Below, one piece after another: positions 1 to 14,216 of a stretch of DNA of 64,000 nt; within the stretch, counting starts at the first letter, position 1, and each line of letters opens with the position of its first letter. A program made the translations under genes and the position numbers. The DNA is from Octopus sinensis (lineage: Eukaryota), in contig NC_043014.1 in the NCBI RefSeq assembly GCF_006345805.1, forward strand, positions 50,096,001-50,160,000, given 5' to 3'. Below the pieces are notes generated by a model. That model was not told where the DNA came from. It searched no databases and saw nothing but the letters and a program-made list of their open reading frames with translations.

Positions 1-270
1 AACCCATTCCCAACCTCCAACATACGGGTGCAAAATACCCTTTCCTTGTGTTTGTTGACTTGCAAGCTACATGGCTGGTGACCCCCCCAAAAAAATAAAA
101 TTAAAAAAAAAAAAACGGGGCACCCAGTTCACACTATAAAGTGGTTTGGCATCAGGAAGGGCACCTAGTCAGAGAAACCATACCAAAGCACAGACACTGG
201 AGCATGAGACAGTCCTTGGACCCTTTACATCCAGTCAAACCATCCAACACATGCAAGCATGGAACATGGA

Positions 271-316
<46 letters not shown>

Positions 317-447
317 TATTTTTATATAAGCTTAAAGCTTATGGCAATCACCATGCAATGACTAAGGAAATAGCCTAATAAAAGGGCATATAAGCCCTCG
401 ACAGAAAAAAGGCTTTCCTATCCATACTGAAAGCATATGCGTGTGTG

Positions 448-581
<134 letters not shown>

Positions 582-1977
582 CTGAGATTCATTTCCAAGT
601 TGTTGAGTTGTTCTGTTGATACACCTGTTCAGTGAGATTATGCACCTGAGAAATTTGGAGAAGCTATCTCCAATAAATATTCAAACAGCTTTTCTACATG
701 TACTGGGCACGTTTCCTTGCATTTGTACACCCCCAAAACATATATCTACCTATCAACCATGTGATGCTTACATCATATACGTACGATACATATATGTATT
801 TATGAAGACAAGTCTAATGTTACATTTCAACTAATTAAAGATAATGAGGTTTATTAGCAAATGTAATTTACACATATTGTTAATATTCAGCATAATTTAT
901 TGTCTACACTTGGTAAACACTCAAAGTAAATGGGCTGGAATATGAAAGGGGTGAGGTGAGGGAAGATCATGGGCTTTTTTCCAATATGAGCATTAATAAT
1001 AATAATAATAATGGTCTCAAATTTTGCCACAAGGGTAGCCATTTGGGGGTGGGGGGAGAAGATAAGTTGATTACATCGACCCAAGTGGTCAACTGGTACT
1101 TAATTCATCAACTCCAAAAGGATGAAAGCAAAGTTGACCATGGTAGAATCTGAACTCACAATGTAGCAGCAGATGAAATGCCGCTAAGCATTTCGCCCAG
1201 TGTAATAATCCTTTCTACCATAGGCACAAGGCTGGAAATTTGGGGGATGGGGGACAATCAATTACATTGACCCACTACTTAAGTTATCGACCCAGAAAGG
1301 ATGAAAAGCAAAGTCAACTCCTGCAGAATTTGAACTCAGAACGTAGCAGCAGACAAAATACCGCTAAGCATTTCGCCCAGCGTTCTAATGATTCCGCCAG
1401 CTCACCGAGTTGTCAGAATCGTTGGCATGCTTAGTGGTATTTCTTCTGTCTTGACATTTCGAGTTCAAATTCTGCTGAGGCCAACTTTGCCCTTCATCCT
1501 TTCGGGGTCGATAAAATAAAGTACCAGTTGTGTACAGGGGTCGATGGTAATTGATTTATTACCCCTTCCCTCAACTTATTGACCCTGTGTCATTACAAAA
1601 CTTTTAGGAACAGCAAACATTCTGCAGAAAGCACCGTCTATCTGAGGTTATATAACTTGATAAGAGAAGGGAATCAATTATACAATCCAGTGTTAACAAG
1701 ACTGTTACTGTGCAAATGAAAGAACAACAACAACAATAATAATAATAATAATGATGATGATGGTGGTTTCTGATTTAGCAATTTTGATGGGAAGGGTTCA
1801 GTTAATACCATTCACTCCAGGATTAGACTGGTACTTTGACCATATCAGTCTAGGAAGGACAAACAGCAGAGCTCACCTTGGCAGGAATGTGAAAAGCCCT
1901 AACTAAGCATCATAAAACACTTCAAATGATTCTCTCCGTCCTTTGCCCTAGGGATTTCAAACAAAAGGAGCGTGTAT

Positions 1978-2009
<32 letters not shown>

Positions 2010-2178
2010 TAGAGATGAATAAATCAATCCCAGCACTCGACTGCTAATTACGCTGACCTCAGAAATATGAAAGGCTAAGTTCACCTCGGCAAGACTTGAA
2101 TTTCAAAATATCAACAGAAGCAATTAAATACTGAAAGGTGTTTTGTCTGACACTATAATTCTTGCAAACCATCATCCA

Positions 2179-2231
<53 letters not shown>

Positions 2232-2599
2232 TGAGGATGATGACTCTCCGCCGACAGAGGCGAAAGGCCATAAATTTAAGGGAGGGAAAAGTTGATTAAA
2301 TTAACTCCAATACTTCACTTCCACATATTTTTATTGGTCCCACAGGGATGGCGAAGGGCAAAAGTCAACATCAGCAAAATCTGAACCCAGAACATAAAGG
2401 AACAAGACTAAGTATGGCAAAGCATTTTGCTAATACATCAATTGATTTAGGCAACCCGATGCTCTCAACAACTGAAGGCTGTTTAAGTATAATGCCACAT
2501 GACCACACACACACATACACACACATATATATATTTAACACAAAGAAAGTTCTTTGAATAACTGAAGTCTCCAAGAAGCTGGTATTTTACCCAAAGTAG

Positions 2600-2707
2600 T
2601 CAAAGGAGTTGGAACAAAGAAGGAAATTAACCAGAAACAGAAAATTGTACCTTCAGCATCCCTTAAGTTGGCAGTCTTTGGTTATTATAAAGTTCAACAA
2701 TTCTGGA

Positions 2708-2742
<35 letters not shown>

Positions 2743-2941
2743 AAATTATTCCATACTATACATAATTAACGACAAAAAAAACAACAAAAAAAAACAATTG
2801 ATGAAATAAGGATTTCATTGACCAAATTTTCAAGAGAAAAACCAAAGGCTGATATGTATGTGTGTGTATATATATATACATATATGTGTGTATATATATA
2901 TATATAAGCACAAACATTTACATATAGTACACACACACATA

Positions 2942-2975
<34 letters not shown>

Positions 2976-4279
2976 TGTGTATATCATATTAATATTTTAA
3001 CATAAAAACAAGTATTTTGTATTTTTCTTGTTCTTTCTTCCACTTCAGCAAAACATGTGGTTTCTATACACAACATCATATTTTCCATGTTTTATTCTCA
3101 AATTTACAACAAATGATTAAAAACAAAAAAAAACATAGAGAAGGATGAATGGAATTCAAATAATCAAAACTGTAACGAACATTTAAGTATCTAAGGTAAC
3201 TCAAAGATTTTTTTTCTTTTTTAACACTTAGCAAAAATTAAAACGAGAATTATTTTCTTTGTGCATGTGTGTCTGTGTGTGTGTGTGTGTCTCTGTGTGT
3301 GTGTGTGTGTTTGTTTGTTTACTTTTTAATGCATAAATTAATGGATAAAAATAATGAAAATTCATAACTATAAAAAAAAGTCTTGGAGACATTTTATCAT
3401 ATTTTTTTTTCTTCTTCTTGAGGCTTAAAAATTAAACAAAGTATAGGTTTTACATTTTATTTGTGATCTGTTTTAGTCGTTAAGATGGTGGCCATGCAGG
3501 CCGTACACATATATAAAAAATAAAAACATCATGAAAAGGACCGTAAGAATACTGGTGAACAAAGATGGATAATGAAGAGAGAAAGATACAAGGAGAATTT
3601 TTACCGAAAAGCAAGAAAACACTAGAATCAATATTATTATTATTATTAATATTATTTTTGAAACATCAAATAAATTTCAGTAAGAGCGTTTTGGTTGTTT
3701 GGTCGGTTGCGTTGCTAAGTGTTGCAACTACAGAAGAATTTTTTTTTTGGTTGTCCTTTTGTTTGTAGTGTTGTTGTTGGTGTTGTTAAGGTTCTAATAC
3801 TGTTTAATAATAATCAGCAGGTCTTCAAAACGTTCATTTTTCAAAAAAAAAAAAAAAGAAAACGAAGAACGAAACTAAATGCTTTTAAACAGTCGTGAAA
3901 CTGTTAAAACAAAAGTAAAGAATATAAATAGTTAAATGATCAAAAAATATTAAAAAATACAACTCTGTAACATTTAAAAATTTTGAAATGCTTATTATGT
4001 GTATGTGGGAGTATGTATATATGTGTGTGAGCATGCATATATGAATATATGCAGAAATATGACTCTGTGCAAATCATACACATATATGCATGTTTATATG
4101 AATGTATATTGAAATACGCCTGTGTGCATATATACATATATATATATGTATACACATATACACACATACATACACACACTTGTAAATAAAAACCTGGTTC
4201 TTAGAAGTCGACAATAAAAGAATAGAAAAAAAAAATGAAGAAAGAAAGAAAGAAAGAACTACGTCTGTAACAGAAGGTT
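2600..4279 (-). other. Probable 3'UTR of the TM isoforms (distal end uncertain)
   Basis: SINE-free and U-rich on the sense strand, directly after the terminal stops. Confidence 0.5.
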
Positions 4280-4358
4280 CTAGTACAGGCCAGCTGTTAC
4301 ATAGTAGTCCTCTCCCTCGGAGTGGGTGGGTGAGCAGGTGGGTGTGGTGGTGGGGGAG
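4280..4358 (-). CDS. NCAM: Alternative terminal acceptor giving (D)SPTTTPTCSPTHSEGEDYYVTAGLY*
   Basis: cccttgcattctccag|C. Phase-2 entry matches the 9050 exon donor. 25 codons then TAG, with S/T-P sites and an EDYY motif. Confidence 0.5.
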
Positions 4359-4553
4359 CTGGAGAATGCAAGGGTGTGGCAGGGTGGAGGAGTGGGGTGG
4401 GGGGCAGGGCGGGAGTGGGGTGGGGGAGGGGGTTTTGTGTGTGTGGATAAGAGGTAAACCACTAACTGACACTCTTCCAAGCTTGCCAGAGGTGTTGGAG
4501 ATTTTTTTAGCATTAGTGCCAGTTAGGTGGTGATGAAAGTATGCTCAAACCGT

Positions 4554-4565
4554 CTAGGATTCCTT
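4554..4565 (-). CDS. NCAM: Distal terminal exon start. Reads KES* after the 6015 exon (phase 0), or (E)RNPRRFEHTFITT* (stop 4523-4525) if joined directly to the 9050 exon
   Basis: Very strong acceptor: a pyrimidine run of about 30 nt, then ctctttcag (AG at 4566-4567). A SINE-free 3'UTR-like region follows. Confidence 0.55.
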   Translation of the reverse strand, partial: KES

Positions 4566-4659
4566 CTGAAAGAGAGAGAGAAAAAAAAAAAAGAAAAAAA
4601 ACCCAATTAGAACTGGATTAATTAAATTTAAATAAATAAATAAAAAATAACTAACAAAT

Positions 4660-4895
4660 ATCTATTTCTTTATTACCCACAAGGGGCTAAACATAGAGGG
4701 GACAAACATGGACAGACATAGGTATTAAGTCGATTATATCGACTCCAGTGCGAAACTGGTACTTTATTTATCAACCTCGAGAGGATGAAAGGCTAAGGTG
4801 ACCTCGGCGGAATTTGAACTCAGAATGTAATGACAGACAAATTACCGCTAAGCATTTCGTCCGGCGTGCTAACGTTTCTGTCAGCTCACTGCCTT
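4660..4895 (-). mobile_element. SINE B
   Basis: Family homology. Confidence 0.85.
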
Positions 4896-5812
4896 TAACT
4901 AACAAATATCAAAGGAAGAGATAAAGATATATGTGGCACTCCGTCGGTTATGACGACGAGGGTTCCAGTTGATCAGATCAACGGAACAGCCTGCTTGTGA
5001 AATTGAAGTGCAAGTGGCTGAGCACTCCAAAGACACGTGTACCCTTAATGTACTTCTTGGAGGAAATTCAGCGTGACACAGAGTGTGACAAGGCTGGCCC
5101 CTTTGAATTACAGGTACAAGAGAAACAGGAAGAAAGAGTGAGGGAAAGAGTACAGCAGGGTTCACCACCTGCCAGACCCTCGTGGAGCTTTTAGGTGTTT
5201 TCGTTCAATAAATACTCACAACACCCGGTCTGGGAATATTCTGATCCTCATGTGCATCTTTTAATATCCTCACTGATTTCTAATATGGATATGCAACCTC
5301 ACAATATCTCATGCAAGGACATTTATGATTTATATGTATTTATACATTTTTAGCCGGTGGCACGTAAAAAGCACCATCCGGTCGTGGCTGTTTGCCAGCC
5401 TCGTCTGGCACCTGTGCGGGTGGCACATAAAAAGCACCCACTACACTCACAGAGTGGTTGGCGTTAGGAAGGGCATCCAGCCGTAGAAACATTGCCGGAT
5501 CAGACTGTGCCTGGTGCAGCCTTCTGGCTTCCCAGACCCCAGTTGAACCATCCAACCCATGCTAGCATGGAAAGCGGACGCTAAACGATGATCATCATCA
5601 TATATAGATATATATGAGTGCACCTGTGTGGCAGTGAAATATGTTGAGTGAATAAGAACACCAACTTTTGAAATTTGTCATCTCTTGGTTTTAAATATAT
5701 ATATCACGGTGACCGATCAGGCTATCAGATGTTGTTAGACATCGCTGGTCACAATGCGCTTCACATTGTTTTAGCCTTCAAAGGACACTACCCCACTGGC
5801 TAAGCAAGGAGG

Positions 5813-5872
<60 letters not shown>

Positions 5873-5882
5873 ATATATATAT

Positions 5883-5930
<48 letters not shown>

Positions 5931-6014
5931 ACACACACACAAATATTTTTACCACAAAGACTTTGCTTTACCAACAATGAGTGGCACTCAAGTATATTCC
6001 TGAGAGATACTTAC

Positions 6015-6078
6015 AGACATAATATCTTCGCATTTGGTGTCTTCCGTATTAATCTTATCTGTTTGATCTTTCTTTAAG
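6015..6078 (-). CDS. NCAM: Cytoplasmic exon: (D)LKKDQTDKINTEDTKCEDIMS
   Basis: Acceptor ttcttttcttgcag, donor TCT|gtaagt. Only the phase-2 entry frame is open. 64 nt, phase 2 to 0. Confidence 0.7.
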
Positions 6079-6535
6079 CTGCAAGAAAAGAATTCACAAA
6101 TAATTAGAAGCACTGCAGAGACTAAAAGCAATTTGACTTTTCTACCAATTAGCTTCAATCCATATAATACCTATGTATTGTCTCCCTAAAAGAGTCTTTA
6201 TATATATATATGCACTTGTCTCCCTGAATAGGTTATATTGGGGTTAGCAGCATCATACGGCTTGGCAGAAACTAGTCAATGTAGCAGAATTCCTTTTTCC
6301 TCAAGAATTTGGGGGTTTAAAGGATGACATAAAAGTGAACCAGGAATTGAACCAGAAGTGTATTAGCAGGGTCCACTTCTGCCCCCAAAAGAGGTAAGGA
6401 GCAGGAAATAAGTAACATAAAAGTGAATCTATATTGTAGATGTCTGAAAATGTGTGGACGTTTGTGAGTTGTTGTTGATTCGAAGTTTCCAAGCAATTCT
6501 TTACATCTTCCCACATGAAACACTTTGATATTTAA

Positions 6536-6960
6536 CCCTTTCATTACTGTATTTCTGTTGAGATGCTCTCTGTTTCTTTCAATTATTTTAAATATAACAA
6601 AGAATTTAGTAAAATAACTTAGTTATCATTCAGCTAGTGTTAGGAATATAAATTGTGACTAAGCTTTGGTGGAAGATTTTAATTCAAAACTTATGAAAAC
6701 AAGACATTTGTACTACAGAGCCAGAGGCACTTTCATCCAGGTTGGTATAGAAAGGGTCAATCCAACCATATCTGGCCCGTATATCCTCCTGTTTTATGCT
6801 CAAACCAGCCAGATCTGGCCTCTTGCCCCTACCCTGCAATGTCCTGCTAATAATATACAATCACATCATCAAAACCTCAAAGCTATGAGATAATGCAGGA
6901 TTAATTTAAGACAATGTGAATAAATAAGCATTGTATTTGACTGGGTAATTTGAATGCTGA
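6536..6960 (+). mobile_element. Longer member of the piggyBac-type MITE family
   Basis: Left end TTAA|CCCTTT. The right half is homologous to the 39500 and 44262 copies. Confidence 0.6.
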
Positions 6961-7434
6961 ATGGTTGAACCAGTGATGGACAAACTATGGTTCAATATGT
7001 TACTGTGACATTTTTAGTAGCGAGGCCTGCCTGATAATGAGCCATGCCTCATGTGGCCCTTTCTCAAAAAGGGTTGCCCATGCCTGCATTAAACAGTGTT
7101 CCTATCAGGTCGTAAACTGTATCAGATTTATGAATTATTAAAAAGCAAATAGAAATGGGGTGGGGGGAAACAAAACACCTTCAGTAACTAAGAGGAGGTG
7201 GAAAAATTATTATCAGGTAAAACATGTGAACAATGGCTGGGAATTTTACGAAGAAAAAAAAAAAAAAATTATCCAATTAAGTTGGTGGTGATGGCAGACA
7301 GGTGTGAAAAATAATGGTTTGATGCAATATGTTACGTAACTACATAAAACTATCGTATTTCAGAGCTATGGTGGTGTATAAAGCCAAGGGGATTCATTAA
7401 AATACTGCGATTTGATGGAAATAACGCTCATTAC

Positions 7435-7675
7435 ATGCATATATTTACATATGTATACATATATATATATATACATATGTATACATATATATATACATAT
7501 GTATACATATATATATATACATATGTATACATATATATATATATACATATGTATACATATATATATACATATGTATACATATATATATATACATATGTAT
7601 ACATATATATATATACATATGTATATATATATATATACATATGTATACATATATATATAACATATGTATACATAT

Positions 7676-7711
<36 letters not shown>

Positions 7712-7805
7712 AACACACACATGTATATATATTGTAGAAATATGGACATATGCATGTATACACGCACATGTGTGTATATATATATATATATATACATGCA
7801 CACAC
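7435..7805. repeat. Compound (TATACATATG)-type microsatellite
   Basis: Visible directly. Confidence 0.95.
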
Positions 7806-9049
7806 ATTATTTACTTCAATATTTCAGCTTCACGAAACCTTAATCATGAAATCTGTAATGTATAGGGGGGGAAAAAAAACTGTTAAATATTTAACTTTTC
7901 TGCACAAATTTCCCATTTTCTGCAGCACAAATTTCACACATTTCATGATTGAGGTTTATTGAAGCTGAAATGTGGAACCAATCTACTGCTGCCCACCCCC
8001 CATCACACACCCCACCCATCAGCCTTGGTGTTGGCTTTGGGTGCCACCATTATCAACTCGGAAGATTTAAATTACACAGAATTGCATCCAACCAAAATAA
8101 ACGTCTCTAACAATGAAGCCAGGAGAATTACATTGGAAGGAGTTGTGATGGTCATGCCTGCTCCAAAGGAATTAATTTACAATAAAGGCACAAGATTTAA
8201 CCAAATCTTTGTCAAATACAATATTTCAAAGAAAGGACACACCAGATAATGTAGTCCTTGATAGACTGTACTTTAAAAAATGTGATCAGTTTAATCAGGG
8301 CTGACCTACCTCTACCCATACACACTTCTTGTTTTGTGGGGCCACCCTACCACCTTACCATTACAATTTTTGTCTCTTTCCAGCTTCACTCTGGTTACTC
8401 ATACCTTCTCGTCTGTAATATAAGTAGTCATGTAGCCCCACCCCACAAGCCACCTACAGAAAGAAACGTGTTTTGTCTTGGCTCCTTCTCTCTTACTTTA
8501 ATTCTTCATCCCATAGCATAAAACTACCTCCCTGTCTACTGTAGTCACATTCAGTGAAACGGGATCTTAATCTTGCAATCTGCATGGTGACATAACTAGG
8601 CTGGTTGCACAAAAAAAAAGCACTCAGACCACTCTCTAAAGTGGTTGATGTGCATCTGTAAGTGTGAGGCAGACATCTGTTCCCAATATTTTTAACAGCC
8701 TGGTTTGGAGAAAGGACACAAGTCCTTTCCTTGTCTTGGAGAAAGGATATATACCCCAAGCCTTGATTTTGAGAAAGGGCATGAGGTTGGTCTTAGTTTT
8801 GAGGAAGGCTAGATGCATATGCCTCTGGCCTTTCCAGGCCCTGCGTGACATACAACATCAATGTGGTTTATATTCCTTCAACAGCGTCCAGTGGATGGCT
8901 ATTGGTAAAAAATACATCAAATACATCACACCCTTCGTAAGACAGATGTAGCTGCCGTTTCTCACATGAAAGCTTCTTTGTTGGTTCATTACAAGCCAAC
9001 TACTACAGGGGTGGGTTAGATTACAATAAAACTAAAACAAACCACTTAC

Positions 9050-9088
9050 TCATCATCTGTATCTTCATTCTTCAAAGGCTTCTTTTCA
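9050..9088 (-). CDS. NCAM: Cytoplasmic mini-exon: (D)EKKPLKNEDTDD
   Basis: ttctatttccag|T...GA|gtaagt. 39 nt, phase 2 to 2. DEKKPL resembles the DEKEPL motif of Fasciclin II tails (recalled). Confidence 0.85.
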
Positions 9089-10424
9089 CTGGAAATAGAA
9101 AAATGGAAGAATGGAAGACAAAGAATTAATAATGGAATAAAAATACAAACAGGAACTTCACAACGGAAAAAAAGAAAAAAGACAAGGAATAAAAGCGAGG
9201 AGACGTAAAATAAGAGAGAAGTGTTTTAATGACATTTGAAAATGTAAATTTACTCAATAATCAATTCCCGTGTTTAATGCTTTACCAAATAATATTTCCA
9301 CCATTCTCCAGATGTTGGTTTAAAATTTATACATCATCATCATCATCATCCAACATTAAAGGATGATGATGATGACGACACACACAAACATGTGTATATA
9401 AGTATACAGATACATGTATACAGATATATACATACACACACACAACCGCAAAATATTAATCAAACTATAATAATACATCAATGTTAATATTACTAACATA
9501 CAATAATAGTAGCAGATTGTCTTATGCACGAACCGTTCTGCTAATCCATGTATGTGTGTGAGAGAGAGAGGGAGTGTACATATATACATTACACAGGTAA
9601 GTATATGTGTGTCCTACTGCTGGAACAAATTTTCACCTCCCTCCAATATTTATGGTGTTTCTAACACAGCAAGTCCACAAGGGATGTTATCTCAAGATAA
9701 ATATTGCAGTAACTGGCCTATCAATAGTATATACACATCAAATATTACATATATATATATATACATACACATACATGCATATGTGTGTGAAGCTATATAT
9801 ATATACACACAGACACACATACTGGTGCACATGTGTGTAAAATCAAATATATATAAATAGTTTAACATTAAATATAGGACCTCTCAATACTTTTTAGTAG
9901 AGTACATATTAACTTTCACAAAGAAAAGTTTTGGATTATCTGCCTTCATCAAACTGTGCTATACTTAGTTCCTTTTTGGCTGTATATAGTTTTTGGCAAG
10001 TTGGTTTTCAACTTCTTCGCCAGTCTGTCTATACCACCTAATTATCATTTGCCATAGCTCCACAGCCCCACAAAAATGAAGTTGTCGAAGACAAAATAAA
10101 GCCAATAAGAACCTAAGCTATGCAAAGTCTGGTGAAGACCAGCAACTTACTGCCAACATTTTCTTTGTAAAAGTTAAGAAATAAACACACACACACACAT
10201 ATACTTTGCAGGTTAACAAGGTAACCAATTGTTACATGTGAACAGATCTTCACAATTGTTGAAGAATTCCACATGGATGTGTTGGTACTTGTATCCGTTT
10301 TGTGTGTGTGTATGTATATATATATATATATATATATAACAATTATTATTTGAGGGAATATAAATCCCAACTTACAGGGAAAAAAATTCAATTTAGAAAT
10401 ACTAAATCAAATTTCACACAATAT

Positions 10425-10473
<49 letters not shown>

Positions 10474-10580
10474 TATATATAAACAATTAGAAAAAAAAAC
10501 CACCATTTATATGTAATTTTCTAGATGGTGTAATTTAATTGTTCATTTTGAATTGATAAAAGGTGTTTTTTTTCTAATTT

Positions 10581-10633
<53 letters not shown>

Positions 10634-11339
10634 ATGTATAGGAAGATAAATAAATGCCAGGCTTGTGAAAAAATGGCTATATGAGAAAGACACTGGCAAC
10701 AACAACAATAATTTACAATCTGACTGGCTCCATCAGTGACACCAGCCATGGGCAAGAAAGTGTGCCACACCTGCCCCCACCCTCATGATTAGATTATACA
10801 AAATACAGACAATCCAGAAAGAAAATGGATGCAGTAGTCAGAAAAGCATTCAAAGTTTTGAATATAAAACAGTTTCTGTGAGTTTACAAAGTGGAAAAGT
10901 AAAGACAGATTCTTCAAAACAAATCATGCATCTTGCTTTTTCAGTATAGGAAGAAAGCCATCCTTATGAAGCGATAGTTTAAAGCAGGGTTTCTCAACCA
11001 ATTTTTTACCAATGGACTCCTTTCATTTCTAGTTTACGCAGGTAGACCCTCTTAGTTGCTTGATGTTTAAAGAAATCCCTTTATATTTTTGGAATTTAAT
11101 ATCTTGGGGAATTGTATTTAAAAAAATTGTTAAAAATATCTTGTGTACTGTAGAAGTGTGAACCAACATACAGCACACAAATTTTAACCTCAAAATTTTA
11201 CATGGAACCCCCAAGGATCATTTTTCTTAACATGAAACCAATGGTAGCCTTAATTCACAAATAAAGAAATTCTATCCACCAATGCAGTTGTGAGCACTTA
11301 TTTTCATTGTTCAACATTTACATATATATATATATATAT

Positions 11340-11572
11340 CTATTTCTTCACTACCCACAAGGGGCTAAACACAGAGAGGACAAACAAGGACAGACAAACA
11401 GATTAAGTCGATTATATCGACCCCAGTGCGTAACTAGTACTTATTTAATCGACCCCGAAAGGATGAAAGGCAAATTCGACCTCGGGTGAATTTGAACTCA
11501 GAACGTAGCGGCAGACGAAATACGGCCACGCATTTCGCCTGGCGTGCTAACGTTTCTGCCAGCTCACCACCT
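11340..11572 (-). mobile_element. SINE B
   Basis: Family homology. Confidence 0.85.
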
Positions 11573-11575
11573 TAT

Positions 11576-11625
<50 letters not shown>

Positions 11626-12251
11626 ATACATATATATCATCATCATTTAACATCCCCTTTCTATGCTGGCATGGGTTGGATGGTTCAACAGAGCTGGCCA
11701 ATCAGGAGACTGCATCAGACTTCTGTGTCTGTTTCGGCATGCTTTAGATGCAGCCTAATTTCAGAGTAAAAGAGTTTTTAGACCATTTAAACTTATGAGT
11801 GGCCCAACATACATCCAGGAGCAGGGGAGTTTTTTTTTTTATTTTAAAGCTCATCTTACATGCCAGCAAATACTCTGTGTATTTGTATATAAGTGAAAAA
11901 ATGTATAGTAAACACACAAACAGAAAGAAAATACATATAATGACTTCACAGACGAATGGAAAAAGCATATACTGAGTGCACAAACAGACGGGTGACAGAC
12001 ACGGAAGGTCCCTAATTCTTCATCAGTTATCAACCAGGTGGTATTACTCAGTTTCGTGTGTGTGTGTGTGTGTGTACGCGTGTATAGCTACCTAAAAGTC
12101 CATAAATCAGAAAAAATGTGAATAAATATATAAATATGCAAAACATTTGACTGAGTAATCTGAATGCTAAAAGCATAAATGAATAAAATCTACTACTGTG
12201 TATTTTTCTGCTGTGCAAATCTAAATACACCATTTTATATATGTATATATA

Positions 12252-12282
<31 letters not shown>

Positions 12283-12285
12283 ATG

Positions 12286-12358
<73 letters not shown>

Positions 12359-12958
12359 CTGTGTATCATACTTAAATGTGAAGCCATTGCATAGAAGAAA
12401 ATTTTGTTTGTCTTCGTCCAGAGAAGATGTCTCTTATGGATTGATGTGTTTAAAAAAACATGGCCGTGAGAACATGCTACTGACAAACACTAACGAGGCA
12501 CTCTAATGGGAATATACCATTTTCACCAGCCACTGCTAAAACAATTTTCATCTGTGACTGATTTGACCGTGTTTTTCAGCACGCCATGTCCATAAAAGAT
12601 ATTATCTGTTAATGAATACTGCAGTAAATTTGGGCCTAGTGACATACATACATCAAGTATGATACACAGATAGCTACTTTTATCTTATCTCTTCTACTCT
12701 AGGCACAAGGCCCGAAATTTTGGGGGAGGGAGCCAGTCGATTAGACTGACCTCCAATACGCAACTGGTACTTAATTTATCGACCCTAAAAAAGGATGAAA
12801 TGCAAAGTCGACCTCAGCAGAATTTGAACTTCAAACATAAAGACAGATGAAATACGGCTAAGCATTTCGCCCGGCATGCTAACGTTTTTGCCAGCTCACC
12901 ACCTCATCTAATATTGCTTCTGTTGCATATGATATACATAAAACTATCTGTACTTTAT

Positions 12959-13125
12959 AGGTGCAGGAGTGGCTGTGTGGTAAGTAGCTTGTTTACCAAC
13001 CACATGGTTCCGGGTTTAGTCCCACTGCGTGGCACCTTGGGCAAGTGTCTTCTACTATAGCCTCGGGCCAACCAAAGCCTTGTGAGTGAATTTGGTAGAC
13101 GGAAACTGAAAGAAGCCCGTCTATA
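12959..13125 (+). mobile_element. SINE A, 5' half
   Basis: Homology to the family A head. Confidence 0.85.
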
Positions 13126-13258
13126 TATATATTATATATAAAACTTTCTGTACTTGTCTATAGTTTTACTGCTGGGCTGATGTATATTCTCACAATTCAT
13201 TCACAAAAATTGTACATCATTTTACATATAGAATATATAATTCTACATTCTACACATA

Positions 13259-13665
13259 GGCGCAGGAGTGGGCGTGTGTGGTAAGTAGCTTGCTAACAAC
13301 CACACAGTTCCGGGTTCGTCCCGCTGCGTGGCAACTTGGGCAAGTGTCTTTACTATAGCCTTGGGCGACCAAAGCCTTGTGAGTGGATTTGGTAGACGGA
13401 AACTGAAAGAAGCCGTCGTATATATATATATATATATAATATATATGTGTGTGGTGGTGTGTGTGTGTGCATGTGTTTGTCTCCCCAACATCGCTTGACA
13501 ACCGATGCTGGTGTGTTTACGTCCCCATGACTTAGCAGTTTGGCAAAAGAGACCGAATAGGATAAGTACTAGGCTTACAAAGAATAAGTCCTGGGGTCGA
13601 TTTGCTCGACTAAAGGCGGTGCTCCAGCATGGCCGCAGTCAAATGACTGAAACAAGTAAAAGAGT
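13259..13665 (+). mobile_element. tRNA-derived SINE family A, full length
   Basis: A/B-box head (GGCGCAGGAGTGG..GGTTCGTCCC), internal (TA)n(TG)n, AGTAAAAG tail, flanked by 111-bp direct repeats. Confidence 0.9.
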
Positions 13666-14216
13666 ACTTGTCTATAGTTTTACTGCTGGGCTGATGTATA
13701 TTCTCACTATTCATTCACAAAAATTGTACATCATTTTACATATAGAATATCTAATTCTACATTCTACACATAGGATATATATGTTTCACAGATGAAGTCA
13801 AACATAACTGAAACAAGCTGTCATCACCCTGTAAAACACCATTCTCACTCTTCGCTACATTCTGGATTTAAATTTTAATTTTAATTAAAATTTAAACATT
13901 ATTTCCCCCCACATTAACTGACCAGAATTAATTATCCAGACGGTTGGTCTCATCGCTAATGATGTAATTTTAATTAAACTGTCTTGGCTTACTCCATTTA
14001 GTATGTTAACATTATTATTCTCTGTGAACTGAGCTGTAGCATACATCTACCAAATTAGATAAGAAAACTGATTAATATTAGACAATCTAGAAAGAAAACG
14101 ATTCATTACATTTGCTAATGTTGTTTATATATATAAAAAACATGTCTATGTATGGTGTGTGTGTGTGTGTGTTGTGTGTGTTTGTTTGTGTCGTGCGGTG
14201 CGTGCGTTGTCGTACT

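Noticed and set aside
7959-8950. Unique-looking ORFs of 70-96 aa
   Set aside because: No recognisable motif, splice structure or consistent frame. Probably an old TE fragment that I cannot identify.
9046-9050. In-frame TAA on donor read-through at the 9050 and 16107 exons
   Set aside because: An automatic consequence of phase-2 GTAA donors, so not evidence of special regulation.
13259-13330. tRNA-like A/B-box sequences
   Set aside because: These are SINE heads continuing into repeat bodies. No full cloverleaf.
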